Shown piece by piece: positions 26,201 through 38,819 of a DNA stretch of 64,000 nt. The notes under the pieces are model-generated. The model was not told the DNA's origin. It saw only the letters and a program-made list of their open reading frames with translations, and made no database searches. Made by a program: the position numbers and the translations under genes. The DNA is from Macrostomum hystrix. Taxonomy: Eukaryota; Animalia; Platyhelminthes. The DNA is taken from assembly GCA_950097015.1 (NCBI GenBank), contig CATNEN010000033.1:1984001-2048000 (forward strand), given 5' to 3'. Within the stretch, counting starts at the first letter, position 1. Each line of letters starts with the position of its first letter.

Positions 26201-29200
26201 TACCATGTTCCAGGTTCGATACATTCAGGACATTGGGAGCCTTCGGGACTTTAAAAAAAACCGCAAAACTTAAGACAGAAACTTTTAAAATTTGCCAAAC
26301 CCCACCTTCGTCATGGCGTGCACCCTGCAGAGTACACCATCGGTAACTTGGAACTCGTCCTGCTTGATGACGAAAACCGAACCGTATCCCATCTCCGAGC
26401 CGTTCCCGGCCGGCCAGAACCTGGGCAGCGAACCGGTGCCGCCGCGGCTGCAGTCGGAGAGCAGCACCACCACGGAGACGTGATGATCGTGGATGAGCTT
26501 CCAGAAATCACAGATTGTGTTCTTCAAAGGCCACTGGGAAACTATATACTGGTTTGCCCGGCTGTGGCCCTGTGAATGAGTCATTCGTACAATTCCAATA
26601 AATCGATACTCTTTTTAGACGCTTGATTACCTTCCATGCATAATTATACAGCCCATTCTAGCCTTTGTACATTCAACTGTACCTACATCCAGTCTGTTTT
26701 AAACAATGTAATTCAGTCTATTTTTAGACCATGCACACCCAGTCTTTTTTAATAATGTACAATCAATCTATTTTCAGACTATGCACATTCACTCGATTTT
26801 AAATAATGAACAATCAATCTATTTTTAGAATTTGCACATTCAGTCTACTTTAAATAATGTACAATCAATCTATTTTTATAATATACACATCCAGTCGATT
26901 TTTAGACAATGTACAATGTACATTCAATTAGTAGACTACTCACACAACCGAAGATAACTGTTTAAGCATTGCTAAAGCATTCAACCAACTCACATCTACG
27001 TAGACCGCGTTGATGAAGTCGGTGCTGGAAGCGCTGTCCTGCGTCAGTAGGTATGGCCTGGCTCGTTCGGCTGCATTATGTTTCGGGGCCGGGGGCAGCA
27101 GATGGCATCGAGTCTCATTTAACTTTAACGAGGAACTCATCGACATGTAGATGAGTATTTCCAATGTACATAGGTGCTAACTGTTATCATAGCAGGCTTG
27201 ATAGCTTACGCAGGTCTGATATGATTCGTTGAGTTCCAGGTTTTAAAGCGTCAATTCATCGACAATTAACTCAGGGAAATACTGGGCGCCTTGCGTCACT
27301 CTTCACTCAAGGTGCTAAGCACTTGCAGATTTCCAAAAGACATGAACAGTTAATTAGAAAATGAAGAAATTTTGTTGTTTCAAAAGCCGATGGCATCTTT
27401 AAAGTGACATTGATTTATTAAGATTGAAAAAGCATGAAGCTGGTCACGCTTATCCTCATTAAATCCTTGTTACAAGCCCACATGTCAGAGTGATAAAGCC
27501 CAATAAGAGAACACGACAGATTTTTTAACAACCGGAAAATAAAGATTCGATAAATTTAGTTTTTTACTCCCAGGGATCTTGAAGCCTTGGGATCTTGAAG
27601 CCTTGGGATCTTGAAGCCTTGGGATCTTGAAGCCTTGGGATCTTGAAGCCTTGGGATCTTGAAGCCTTGGGATCTTGAAGCCTTGGGATCTTGGTGATAT
27701 AAGTGAATTGAGCTGCTGCATTTAACTCCAATCTTACGAGGCTGCACCATGACGTCACGACTTTTCCAGCGGTTTTCGGCCCGGTGGCCGCCGGCGCATT
27801 CGCCAACACTGAGCGGCTTGACGAGACTCGCCAAACAGGCAAACTCTACAGCGAAGCCGCTGGCCTGGCTGTCCGGCTCCCGCTGAGACATTCTGGCCAC
27901 CAGCTTAGCGAAATCGAAAACCTTCACTGTGGTGGGGCGGCAGGCAACAGATGTGGCGACTGTCTCGTACACGAAGCGGTACTGGCTGAGGTTGCCCACC
28001 AGACCCGGCCGGGCTTTGCGCAGCGCCAGGGTCTGCTGCAGGATGTCGATAGGGCGGCCGTCCTCCGCCTTGCTGATCTCGATGTCGATGCAAATGTATG
28101 TGCCAGTGCGGCCGGCGCCATCGCTGAAGATGAAGGACGTAATTTTAAAGATAAGTTGAAAGATTAAAAGCGATATCCTTTTTCACTTTTACTTGTACTT
28201 GTAACTTTTTATTTGTACTTTTAAGTTTAATTTCGTCCTTCCTAGACAGAGCCGAGTCTAATGTGCACTAACGTCTTCGCTTAAATTTTCATGCTTCTAA
28301 ACCAACACAGATCATTAAATTTCAATATTGCTCGTACAGTTAGTTCTCCGGCTAATGTACATTGCCCGCCCCCCCTCTCCCCTCTTCCACCCTTTTCCTT
28401 ATGGCTGGTGGCTAGGTGTATTCCTAAAACAACACCAGGCTAGCCAAGTGGACCCACAGTGGCCGTACGAGCTGTGGACGCTCATTTTTTCTCGAGGTTT
28501 CTTCTTTTGAAGATCTTCATTGCTGAAGATGAAGACGGACGTAATTTAAAAGAAAAGTTTAATATTAACAGTGCTTCGTTTATTTCAGTCGCATCTACTC
28601 GTGTTTTATTTGTTTAGTTTTTCCGAACTGAAGTTTAATTTCTCCTTTCCTTGCATAGAGGGCAGTCTAATGTACATTAACGCCTTCCCTCAAAACAAAC
28701 ACAGTCACAGATCATAACTTTCAATGTACAGTTCTCCGACTAATGTACATTGCCCGTCCCCTCTCCCTCTTCGACCCCCGGCTAAGCTATAGCCGCAGAT
28801 AAGCTAAGTGAACCCCCACAGGCCACAGTAGACCCAAGCTATCCATACAAGCTTGCTGAGGTTTATCTGAGGATTCTGAGCACTTTTCAGCCACGCATAC
28901 CAAAATAAGAATCTGCCAGCTATATTAAATCCATAAAAACACATGTCTATAGTATAGCTCGTATTCATGTCGTGCTTTTTATTATAATAAGTTGCAATAA
29001 ATACAATCTGGTTTGTTTTCAAACCAAAAGTTGAATTTTAGAAGGATTAATACTAATCTCCTGTTAAACCGTCTCCTAATGCTATTAATAAAATTAAAAT
29101 TCAATTCAACAATTAAATTCCCAAAAAACTGCCTCCAACAGAAATGGCTTCGCATCATTTTCATTCATTCAGTTTAATTTGCTAGCTCAATTGAATCAAC

Positions 29201-32200
29201 TGGCCAGGTCCGCAATCGCAATGAGAGTTAGCAAAATAACCTGGTGCTGCAACCGGAACAACCACTGACTGGCCTTTGCTGCGGCTGAGCCATCAGGAAA
29301 TTGAGCGGACCCAAGACACACATGGAAGCTCACATGGCTATTGCAGTGAATGCAGTAAAGTTTAAAAAAGCCCGGAAGAGGGCCACAAAGAGTCCTGATG
29401 GAGAAGAGAATGTTGAGTGCACGATCAGCTGAACTGAAAAACGCTATTGGGGAGCTGATGTGCCAAGGATAGCATTGTCACCGCTTTCTAAAACGTGCGA
29501 CTATTGAGTCGTATGTCTTCGTTCTCGTCTGAGACGGCTTTGATATCGGAGATTGATTGCTGACAGGCTATTTTGAGCCGAGCGGCTTTTCGCTGTAACA
29601 GAAAACTCAGCGACCGATACGTCACGCAACGACTTTTTACGGACCATAACCAGTTTCCTTATGAGTCTCGCGGAGTGTTTTACATGCGCTAGCCTGCACC
29701 CGCAGCACTATGCACTCTTGTTACTCAATAGTTCAAATATACTTTTTAAAAACCTCGACATGCTCTATAAAAATACGAACTTGAAATAAGAACACCGCTA
29801 AATAGTCACGTGACCCACCTGCAGTGCACAATGATCGGCGCCGCCTTGCCGCGCACCCAGTCATTGACTTTGCGCCGGGTTTCCATGACGGTGGTCGGCA
29901 GCGGCGTGTCGAAGGGGCCCCAGTTCTTGAATTGGAACTGCCGCACCAGCCGCATCTCGCAGCCGATCTGTCCATGGGGTGCGTTGTTGAGGGGAGGATC
30001 CGACTATGGAACCAATCAAACATGCAACGGTCCCTGAACCAATCAGAATAGAACAGTCCCTGAACCAATCAGAATAGAACAGTCCCTGAACCAATCAGAC
30101 ATAGAACAGTCCCTGAACCAATCAGACATAGAACAGTCCCTGAACCAATCAGACATAGAACAGTCCCTGAACCAATCAGACATAGAACAGTCCCTGGACC
30201 AATCAGACATGGAACAGTCTCTGAACCAATCAGACATAGAACAGTCCCTGAACCAATCAGACATAGAACAGTCCCTGGACCAATCAGACATGGAACAGTC
30301 TCTGAACCAATCAGACATGGAACAGTCCCTGGACCAATCAGACATGGAACAGTCCCTGAACCAATCAGACATGGAACAGTCCCTGAACCAATCAGACATG
30401 GAACAGTCCCTGAACCAATCAGACACTAGGACACCTATCCTTAAACCAGACTATGTCACCCTCAATAGATTTCTCTGCTATTTGAGCGTATTGAGTTGGA
30501 AGAATGATCCAGTTTGTGCAAGCAAGGGAGCATTGGGCAGATGAAAGGCCCATTGTTGGAGATTTTTAGAATTTTTAACCAATCTTTTTCACAACACAAA
30601 GGATTTGTTTTTTTTTTGCTGCAGCAGCACACAGGAAGAACTCAGAAACTGTCTTTGTTTGAGGTTTCCGGAAACCCTGTTTTCGGTGAAGCTGCGACAG
30701 GTGAGACTTCTTGGAAACCTGCCAGTTTTCCCTATTCACCTCAGTTCCAGTTACTTCCAGGCTTTCCATGCACATCAGTACTTCTTTTTATCTAAACCGA
30801 AGAACTAAAGAAAGTATATTAGAGATGTATTCTATAGCTCAAGCCTACAGCTGGGGTTGTAGCCGAGTGGTTAGAGAATCGGACCCACGACTTAAAGGTC
30901 GGGGGTTCGTTTCCCGACTCCACTGGAACAATTTGTGTCATTTAGCAAGACACTTAACTATGCATTGCTTCAGTTCACCCAGCTGTTAAATTGGTACCAG
31001 CATTAGCTGGGTTAATTGAGGGTGAGTGTGGCGTCCCCCCAGTCTATGGACTGAACAGCCGTACACAGCTTTCAGTTGCGCCGCGCAATAGCTGCGGCTG
31101 TGCTGTCGGCTACACATCTGGTCCGATCGGGGCAGGTGCAAAAAAGATTGCTTTTTAGTATTTTTCGGCGTAGTGTGTACCTTTTTAACTTTGAATAATC
31201 GATTCTCATACTCGGCAGTTGAGTACAGGTCATCCAGCCAGACGTCAATGTCGCCATACCGCGCGTAGACATTGGGCCAGTATTTGTCGCACTGTTGCTG
31301 CAAAAGCAAATTAGCGTCAGTGTCACTCTGTGTGATTGGGCGAACTTGGCGTCATAAAAATATGGACTCACCCGGGCGTGCTCAACCAAATTAGTGGTCA
31401 TCACTATGCAGACGCACTGGTACTGCCACAGAAGGCGCCAGAAATCGACCTTAGTACTGGCTAGGGGGCCCTGAGCAGCGATAAACTTCCTGGGCTGGTT
31501 GAAGCCCTGCCATGGCAAAACATCAACAGAAAATTGTTTGCCTAACCGAATTTTCAAGGATTTGGAAATCGTAAAATGGAAAACTTTTCTCTGTAACAAG
31601 AACCCTGCGGCTAGGATTATCGAGCGGATTTAGTCGATAATGGGAGACCATCCTACCGAAATATTTATCCCACAAATTCTTGTTGCTAATTATCTTAGCC
31701 ACAATGGGAAACGCTCACATCAATCCAGCTGGCGTTGATGTAGCTGCCATTTAGGTCATCGATAGTAGGGTCCAGCTTGACTATGTTGCGCTCGTCTGCG
31801 GGTCAGCGGGCGAGTGGAGTAGATAGTTGGCGAGTAGAGTAGATAGTTGGTAAGTGGAGTAGATTGTTGGTGAGTGGAGTAGATAGTTGGCGAGTGGAGT
31901 AGATAGTTGGTGAGTGGAGTAGATAGTTGGCGAGTGGAGTAGATAGTTGGTAAGTGGAGTAGATTGTTGGTGAGTGGAGTAGATAGTTGGCGAGTGGAGT
32001 AGATTGTTGGTGAGTGGAGTAGATAGTTGGCGAGTGGAGTAGATAGTTGGTAAGTGGAGTAGATTGTTGGTGAGTGGAGTAGATTGTTGGCGAGTGGAGT
32101 AGATAGTTGGCGAGTGGAGTAGATTGTTGGTGAGTGGAGTAGATAGTTGGCGAGTGGAGTAGATAGTTGGTAAGTGGAGTAGATTGTTGGTGAGTGGAGT

Positions 32201-35200
32201 AGATTGTTGGCGAGTGGAGTAGATAGTTGGCGAGTGGAGTAGATAGTTGGTAAGTGGAGTAGATTGTTGGTGAGTGGAGTAGATTGTTGGCGAGTGGAGT
32301 AGATAGTTGGCGAGTGGAGTAGATAGTTGGCGAGTGGAGTAGATAGTTGGCGAGTGGAGTAGATAGTTGGTAAGTGGAGTAGATTGTTGGTGAGTGGAGT
32401 AGATAGTTGGCGAGTGGAGTAGATTGTTGGTGAGTGGAGTAGATTGTTGGTGAGTGGAGTAGATTGTTGGTGAGTGGAGTAGATAGTTGGCGAGTGGAGT
32501 AGATAGTTGGCGACTGGAGTAGATAGTTGGTGAGTTGAGTAGATAGTTGGCGACTGGAGTAGATACTTGGCGAGTGGAGTAGATAGTTAGCGACTGGAGT
32601 AGATGGTTGGCGAGTGGAGTGGATAGCTGACGATGGCCTAGGGAGCAGAGCTTTGGTGATTAAATGAGCTCACAGGGCAGCACTCGGTCCGTGAGGTTTT
32701 TGTCCTGATTGCAGGGCAGCCTGGCGGCCTCGGCGACCTTGTGCTGACCCTCGCTGCGAATACTGGCCTGCGGGGGTTTGAGCATGCAGCTTCCGGTGTC
32801 AGTTGATCAGTGGCAGGGTCAGTAGATCAGTGGCGGGGTCAGTAGATCAGTGGCGGGGTCAGTAGATCAGTGGCAGGGTCAGTAGATCAGTGGCGGGGTC
32901 AGTAGATCAGTGCGGGGTCAGTATATCAGTGGCGGGGTCAGTAGATCAGTGGCGGGGTCAGTAGATCAGTGGCGGGGTCAGTAGATCAGTGGCGGGGTCA
33001 GTAGATCAGTGGCGGGGTCAGTAGATCAGTGGTGGGGTCAGTAGATCAGTGGCAGGGTCAGTAGATCAGTGGCGGGGTCAGTAGATCAGTGGCGGGGTCA
33101 GTAGATCAGTGGCGGGGTCAGTAGATCAGTGGCGGGGTCAGTAGATCAGTGGCGGGGTCAGTAGATCAGTGGCGGGGTCAGTAGATCAGTGGCGGGGTCA
33201 ATACATCAGTGGCGGGGTCAATGGTTCCGGTGGTGATCGGAACATGAACGGAGAATATTTTCCGCGTCAGAAAATGCATCCTCACCGATTGTTTGTCGCC
33301 AACCGAGATGAGCTCGATTGCCTGAAAAGGAACGCAGAAATTAATATTGATTGTTTATAGAGTGGAGCCACTCGACTCTTGAAGCCCATCATGCTGCTGC
33401 TGTTGCAGGCCATTGTAATATTTAAAAAAAGAAGACTTGAAAACCTTTTTGCAGCTCAGAAAAGACAAGGAACAGCGCGTTGAGCTCATTGATCCTACGG
33501 AGCTAAGCCCTTGCCTCTGCGGATGAATTTTTTATCAAAGAAGAATGAGCCGGTATGAGGATGACTGCTGAGGGTGACGACTCCAGCTGGTGGCCGGGGA
33601 GGCATTGGCGACACGTTGGCTGAGAATGAAAAACCTGGGAACAGATGAGGAGGCGGGAGAGCCGGGGGGTCTGGGTTGGGGACTGGGCCCGCAACAATAA
33701 AGTGCGCAGCTGCTGCTGCTGCTGCTTCAACTGTGTTCTGTAACTTCTCTTTGTCCAAATTAGAAGTACAATTTTTTCTGACGCGATTCAGAATTTTCTT
33801 GGTGAATTGCTCTGGTTCATTAGGACACTGGCATAAAACAAACACTCAACTCAGGGAGTCACTCAAACCCTCAGAGAGTCACTCAAACTACTCAGAGAGT
33901 CACTCAAACCACTCAGAGAGTCACTCAAACTACTCAGAGAGTCACTCAAACCACTCAGAGAGTCACTCAAAACCACTCAGAGAGTCACTCAAACCACTCA
34001 GAGAGTCACTCAAACTACTCAGAGAGTCACTCAAACTACTCAGAGAGTCACTCAAACTACTCAGAGAGTCACTCAAACAACTCAGAGAGTCACTCAAACC
34101 CACTCAAACCACTCAGAGAGTCACTCAAACTACTCAGAGAGTCACTCAAACTACTCAGAGAGTCACTCAAACTACTCAGAGAGTCACTCAAACTACTCAG
34201 AGAGTCACTCAAACTACTCAGAGAGTCACTCAAACTACTCAGAGAGTCACTCAAACTACTCAGAGAGTCACTCAAACCCACTCAAACCACTCAGAGAGTC
34301 ACTCAAACTACTCAGAGAGTCACTCAAACTACTCAGAGAGTCACTCAAACTACTCAGAGAGTCACTCAAACTACTCAGAGAGTCACTCAAACTACTCAGA
34401 GAGTCACTCAAACTACTCAGAGAGTCACTCAAGCCACTCAGAGAGTCACTCAAACCACTTGGTTTGATTGGGTTTGATTGGCAAGTTGAGCATCCTAGAG
34501 AGTCTGAGAGAGTTGAAAGTCCGACTCGTGCACCAAGGTACTAAACGCGATTAGTAAACAAGGTACGAAGCTCGATTCTGCGGTGAGGCCACATTGATTT
34601 GTGGTGCAGCCTCGGAGAGAAGGCTTGGTGATGGCTTGGTGTGCAGTATACGCCATGAAGCCAAATCCCAAAGCGCAGTGAAGGTTCACGTGTGTGCGTA
34701 CCTTGAACTCGTACTGAAGCTCTTTGTTGCGCGTCCTTCGGCGATGCTCCCTGACGAAGGCGGCCACATCGATGGGATCCTGGCTGACCCTGTTGAGTCT
34801 TCGCTCTTCTTCGACTAAAATTTTTCGCTGGTGAATCAGGTTGCACACCTTGAACAAGAACATCTGGGCTGTGGATTGCTTTGAACTCTGGGGCGATGCT
34901 TGATCACATTTTCTGTCTAATGCCTCTCAAGGGCCTCTGAAGGGCCTTCACGGAATTGGGATTTGTGTTAGAATGAAAAACTGCTCAAGCTCTAGGTCAG
35001 CGGGGTCAGGTGGGACAACTCTGGCATTGTGGGTTGGTTTTGCAGTGCCTGCTCTGTTGGCACGCTCAGCAACCGGCCTCCTCACTCCCTGTTTAGTCAG
35101 GAGCGCCCAGCCCGCCTGGTTGGCACGGGATACGATTGGGAGTCGGCCCACGGTGAGGAGGCCCGGCTGGCCATAGGCTGCAGCAGCCAAGCGGCCTGGC

Positions 35201-37352
35201 TGAGTGTGGGATGCGAGCGGATGGGATCGGGGGGAGGGCGGAAGGGGGGTAGCAGCGGCGGCAAGAGATACCAGAGGAGGCTGCTGCGCAGGAATCTGAA
35301 GTTCTTTGTTTCTGGCAAGCTGACTGCGCGCCTATCTTTAGTGCGCCCGCCGGCACCTCGCCCGCTCAGCTTGAGAAACAAAAGATTGACTCGCTTTGGA
35401 AAGTAATGGCAGCGTGGGTGGCAACTAAGAGAAAGTGAAAGGGGATTTTCTCAGTCTGTTCTGCGCTTCCCGACTGCAAATTGCCAACAGCTGCAAAAGA
35501 GGCCAACAGAGCCAGGTTTGGGATTTCACCCGCCGCTTCCCCAGAGCAACGGTTTGCAATGGCAAGGAATGACAAGGCCAGAGAGACAGGCAGCAGATGT
35601 GTTTGCTGACTCGAGTTGAGAATGCTTGCAGCGGAAGACAAGTTCATTCTCAGTTGCGGCTAAGAAAGGCTCCGCTTGTGTTTTTTGTGTGATTCGCTGA
35701 TAACTATGACAAAAGAGATCATCAGAAATTACTCACATCTGTCCTGCTTGAGTCGTTGGAGGCGCCAGCGAGCCCTTATTGAAATTAGCGAATTATACTC
35801 AGAGCTCTGTTTTCCTATGAGCAGCTAAATGATCAAGCACGCAGCATGAATCTGTTTCTTATTGATTTTCTGCCTCCCTTGGAACAGGGTTTGTCCTCAA
35901 ATTCGAACCTTTGCGCTTCAGGGACAAAGCACTCGAGTTTGGCCTAATTCACAAGCGACTGTCTCCTAGCAGCTGCTGTGGCGAGACAATCATCCACTGA
36001 ACAAAATCTCATTTCGAGCTCCGACATATTGACTGACATTGCTAAGAGACTACACTCGTCTACTCTAACCCTCCTCCTCCTGCCTGACTCTCCTCCTCCA
36101 CTCTCACTCTCCTCCACCACTCTAACTCTCCTCCACCACTCTCACTCTCCTCCTCCACTCTAACTCTCCTCCTCCACTCTAACTCTCCTCCTCGACACTA
36201 ACTCTCCTCCTCCACTCTCACTCTCCTCCTCCACTCTAACTCTCCTCCTCCTCTCTAACTCTCCACCACTCTGACTCTCCTCCTCCACACTAACTCTCCT
36301 CCTCCACTCTGACTCTCCTCCTCCACTCTAACTCTCCTCCTCCTCTCTAACTCTCCACCACTCTGACTCTCCTCCTCCACACTAACTCTCCTCCTCCACT
36401 CTGACTCTCCTCCATTCTGACTCTCCTCCTCCACACTAACTCTCCTCCTCCACTCTGACTCTCCTCCTCCACTCTAACTCTCCTCCTCCATTCTGACTCT
36501 CCTCCACTCTAACTCTCCTCCACTCTGACTCTCCTCCACTCTGACTCTCCTCCACTCTGACTCTCCTCTACCCTGACTCTCCTCCACTCTGACTCTCCTC
36601 CACTCTAACTCTCCTCCATTCTGACTCTCCTCCACCCTGACTCTCCTCCACTCTGACTCTCCTCTACTCTGACTCTCCTCCACCCTGACTCTCCTCCACT
36701 CTGACTCTCCTCCACTCTGACTCTCCTCCACTCTGACTTTCCTCCACCCTGACTCTCCTCCACTCTGACTCTCCTCCTCCACTCTAACTCTCCTCCTCCA
36801 TTCTGACTCTCCTCCTCCACTCTAACTCTCCTCCACTCTGACTCTCCTCCACTCTGACTCTCTTCCACCCTGACTCTCCTTCACTCTGACTCTCCTCTAC
36901 TCTGACTCTCCTCCACTCTGACTCTCCTCCACCCTGACTCTCCTCCACTCTGACTCTCCTCTACTCTGACTCTCCTCCACTCTGACTCTCCTCCACCCTG
37001 ACTCTCCTCCACTCTGACTCTCCTCCACTCTGACTCTCCTCCACTCTGACTCTCCTCCACCCTGACTCTCCTCCACCCTGACTCTCCTCCACTCTGACTC
37101 TCCTCCACTCTGACTCTCCTCCACCCTGACTCTCCTCCACTCTGACTCTCCTCTACTCTGACTCTCCTCCACTCTACTCACAAGCGCAGTTCAGGGCTCA
37201 CTTCAGGTACTTGATGGAAGCAACACCCAGGCAGATCAGCAGCGAAAGGGTGCAGCACATCCAGACAAGGGCCTCCTCATACTGCTCCTGTTCTGCCGGC
37301 GGTTTGAGAAACGATGCGACAGTTCTTTCTTTTACCATGGAGTTTAAAAGAT
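23241..37352 (-). CDS. Receptor-type protein tyrosine phosphatase (TM + D1 + D2). Exons: 37202-37352, 35737-35774, 34702-34814, 32674-32767, 31719-31795, 31372-31506, 31181-31297, 29819-29967, 27738-28123, 26994-27070, 26306-26569, 24148-24357, 23870-24005, 23241-23519. 5' end unresolved.
   Basis: TM ALVWMCCTLSLLICLGVASI followed by KYLKKARWR; YINASWID; FIAAQGP; DFWRLLW; CDKYWP; HCSDGAGRTG; QYRFVY; D2 FINAVYVD, SQWPL, DFWKLI, DGVSRCG. All GT-AG phases are compatible except one frameshift within 24148-24357. Confidence 0.9.
24367..25052. repeat. 16-bp intronic minisatellite
   Basis: Unit gtgacattgtgacaga. Confidence 0.95.
27572..27692. repeat. 16-bp intronic minisatellite
   Basis: Unit gggatcttgaagcctt, about 7 copies. 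Confidence 0.9.
30010..30425. repeat. 27-bp intronic minisatellite
   Basis: Unit gaacagtccctgaaccaatcagacata, about 15 copies. Confidence 0.95.
30853..31000 (+). mobile_element. tRNA-headed SINE with CORE-like central domain
   Basis: A box tagccgagtgg, B box ggttcgtttcc, then gtgtcatttagcaagacacttaac...cttcagttcacccagctgttaaattgg, which resembles the CORE-SINE consensus as recalled. The 3' end is uncertain. Confidence 0.7.
31808..32625. repeat. 20-bp intronic minisatellite
   Basis: Unit agatagttggcgagtggagt, about 40 copies. Confidence 0.95.
32808..33222. repeat. 20-bp intronic minisatellite
   Basis: Unit agtagatcagtggcggggtc, about 20 copies. Confidence 0.95.
33846..34458. repeat. 21-bp intronic minisatellite
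   Basis: Unit actcagagagtcactcaaact. Confidence 0.95.
36060..37175. repeat. 16/19-bp pyrimidine-rich intronic minisatellite
   Basis: Unit ctccactctgactctc with ctc expansions. Confidence 0.93.
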
Positions 37353-37365
37353 CTGCACAACCGAA

Positions 37366-37790
37366 CTCTTTCCCTGCCTACTCTCTTCACTGCCTACTCT
37401 CTTCCCTGCCTACTCTCTTCCCTGCCTACTCTCTTCCCTGCCTACTCTCTTCCCCTGCCTACTCTCTTCCCTGCGTACTCTCTTACCTGCCTACTCTCTT
37501 CCCTGCCTACTCTCTTCCCTGCCTACTCTCTTCCCTGCCTACTCTCTTCCCTGCCTACTCTCTTCCCTGCCTACTCTCTTCCCTGCCTACTCTCTTCCCT
37601 GCCTACTCTCTTCCCTGCCTACTCTCTTCCCTGCCTACTCTCTTCCCCTGCCTACTCTCTTCCCTGCCTACTCTCTTCCCTGCCTACTCTCTTCCCTGCC
37701 TACTCTCTTCCCTGCCTACTCTCTTCCCTGCCTACTCTCTTCCCTGCCTACTCTCTTCCCTGCCTACTCTCTTCCCTGCCTACTCTCATA
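37366..37790. repeat. 16-bp minisatellite
   Basis: Unit tactctcttccctgcc. Confidence 0.95.
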
Positions 37791-38494
37791 CCCTGTCTAC
37801 TTATTTGCTGTTAACGCACAGATAACAGAAAAGTGAATGCTGTTGACAAAGCAGTACACAAATGTTAATAATAAGCTCTACTCACTCGAACTCATACTCG
37901 GCCGCGACAAGGTAGGTCAGGACGGTGCCGCCTCACAGTGTTTTGGCTTGATGTATAGTTCCGAACGGATTCTCATGATTTTATAATGACCATAACATAA
38001 ACTGAGTAATTAAATTAGCACGTCTGGCTTTCCACCCGCGCATCGGTGTAAATGTCAATGATTACGTAATAAAGAATTCACACCTCTAGCCAGAACTCTA
38101 CTAGTTCGTTCACATCTTCAGTCGGAGCTGGCCTAATTTAACAACAGTTTTAAACTTCCACGCCAAAAAGGTGCGAATTTTCGATCGGCCTACTTTAAGT
38201 AGTAGAACTAAAAACTACTTTCAATGTACAAAGATTCGATAATAACAAAATGTTTATTTATAAATATTCACAGCGGCTTAATTTACATTACCAATAAATA
38301 TCTCGACTTCACATACATAATACGAAAACGGGTTAAAAACTAGTCTTACAAAGAACCGCAAAGTGTTCAATCCTAAAAAGCATTGTTAAAATACAATACA
38401 AATAAAATTTTACAGTTTTATATGTAGAATACAGATTCCTAAAAATCAGAAGAAAGATTGTTTGGAATCTTCCTAACCAAGATTCTCTTGATTC

Positions 38495-38805
38495 GGGAAT
38501 CTTCCAAATTAGGAATCTCCCGAGTCAGGAATCTTCAAAATGACCCAGGAATCTTCTGAGTCAGGTATCTTCCGAATCAGGAATCTTCCGAATCAGGAAT
38601 CTCCCGAATCAGGAATCTCCCGAATCAGGAATCTCCCGAATCAGGAATCTCCAGAATCAGGAATCTCCAGAATCAGGAATCTCCTGAATCAGGAATCTCC
38701 CGAATCAGGAATCTCCCAAATCAGGAATCTCCCGAATCAGGAATCTCCCGAATCAGAAATCTCCCGAATCAGGAATCTCCCGAATCAGGAATCTTCCAAT
38801 TCAGG
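38495..38805. repeat. 16-bp minisatellite
   Basis: Unit gaatcaggaatctccc. Confidence 0.93.
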
Positions 38806-38819
38806 AATGTTTTGGCTCT

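Noticed and set aside
33495-35650. Pro/Ala-rich ORFs within PTP introns (33495-33845, 35097-35381, 35366-35647)
   Set aside because: Not needed for the phase-consistent gene model and no recognisable homology.
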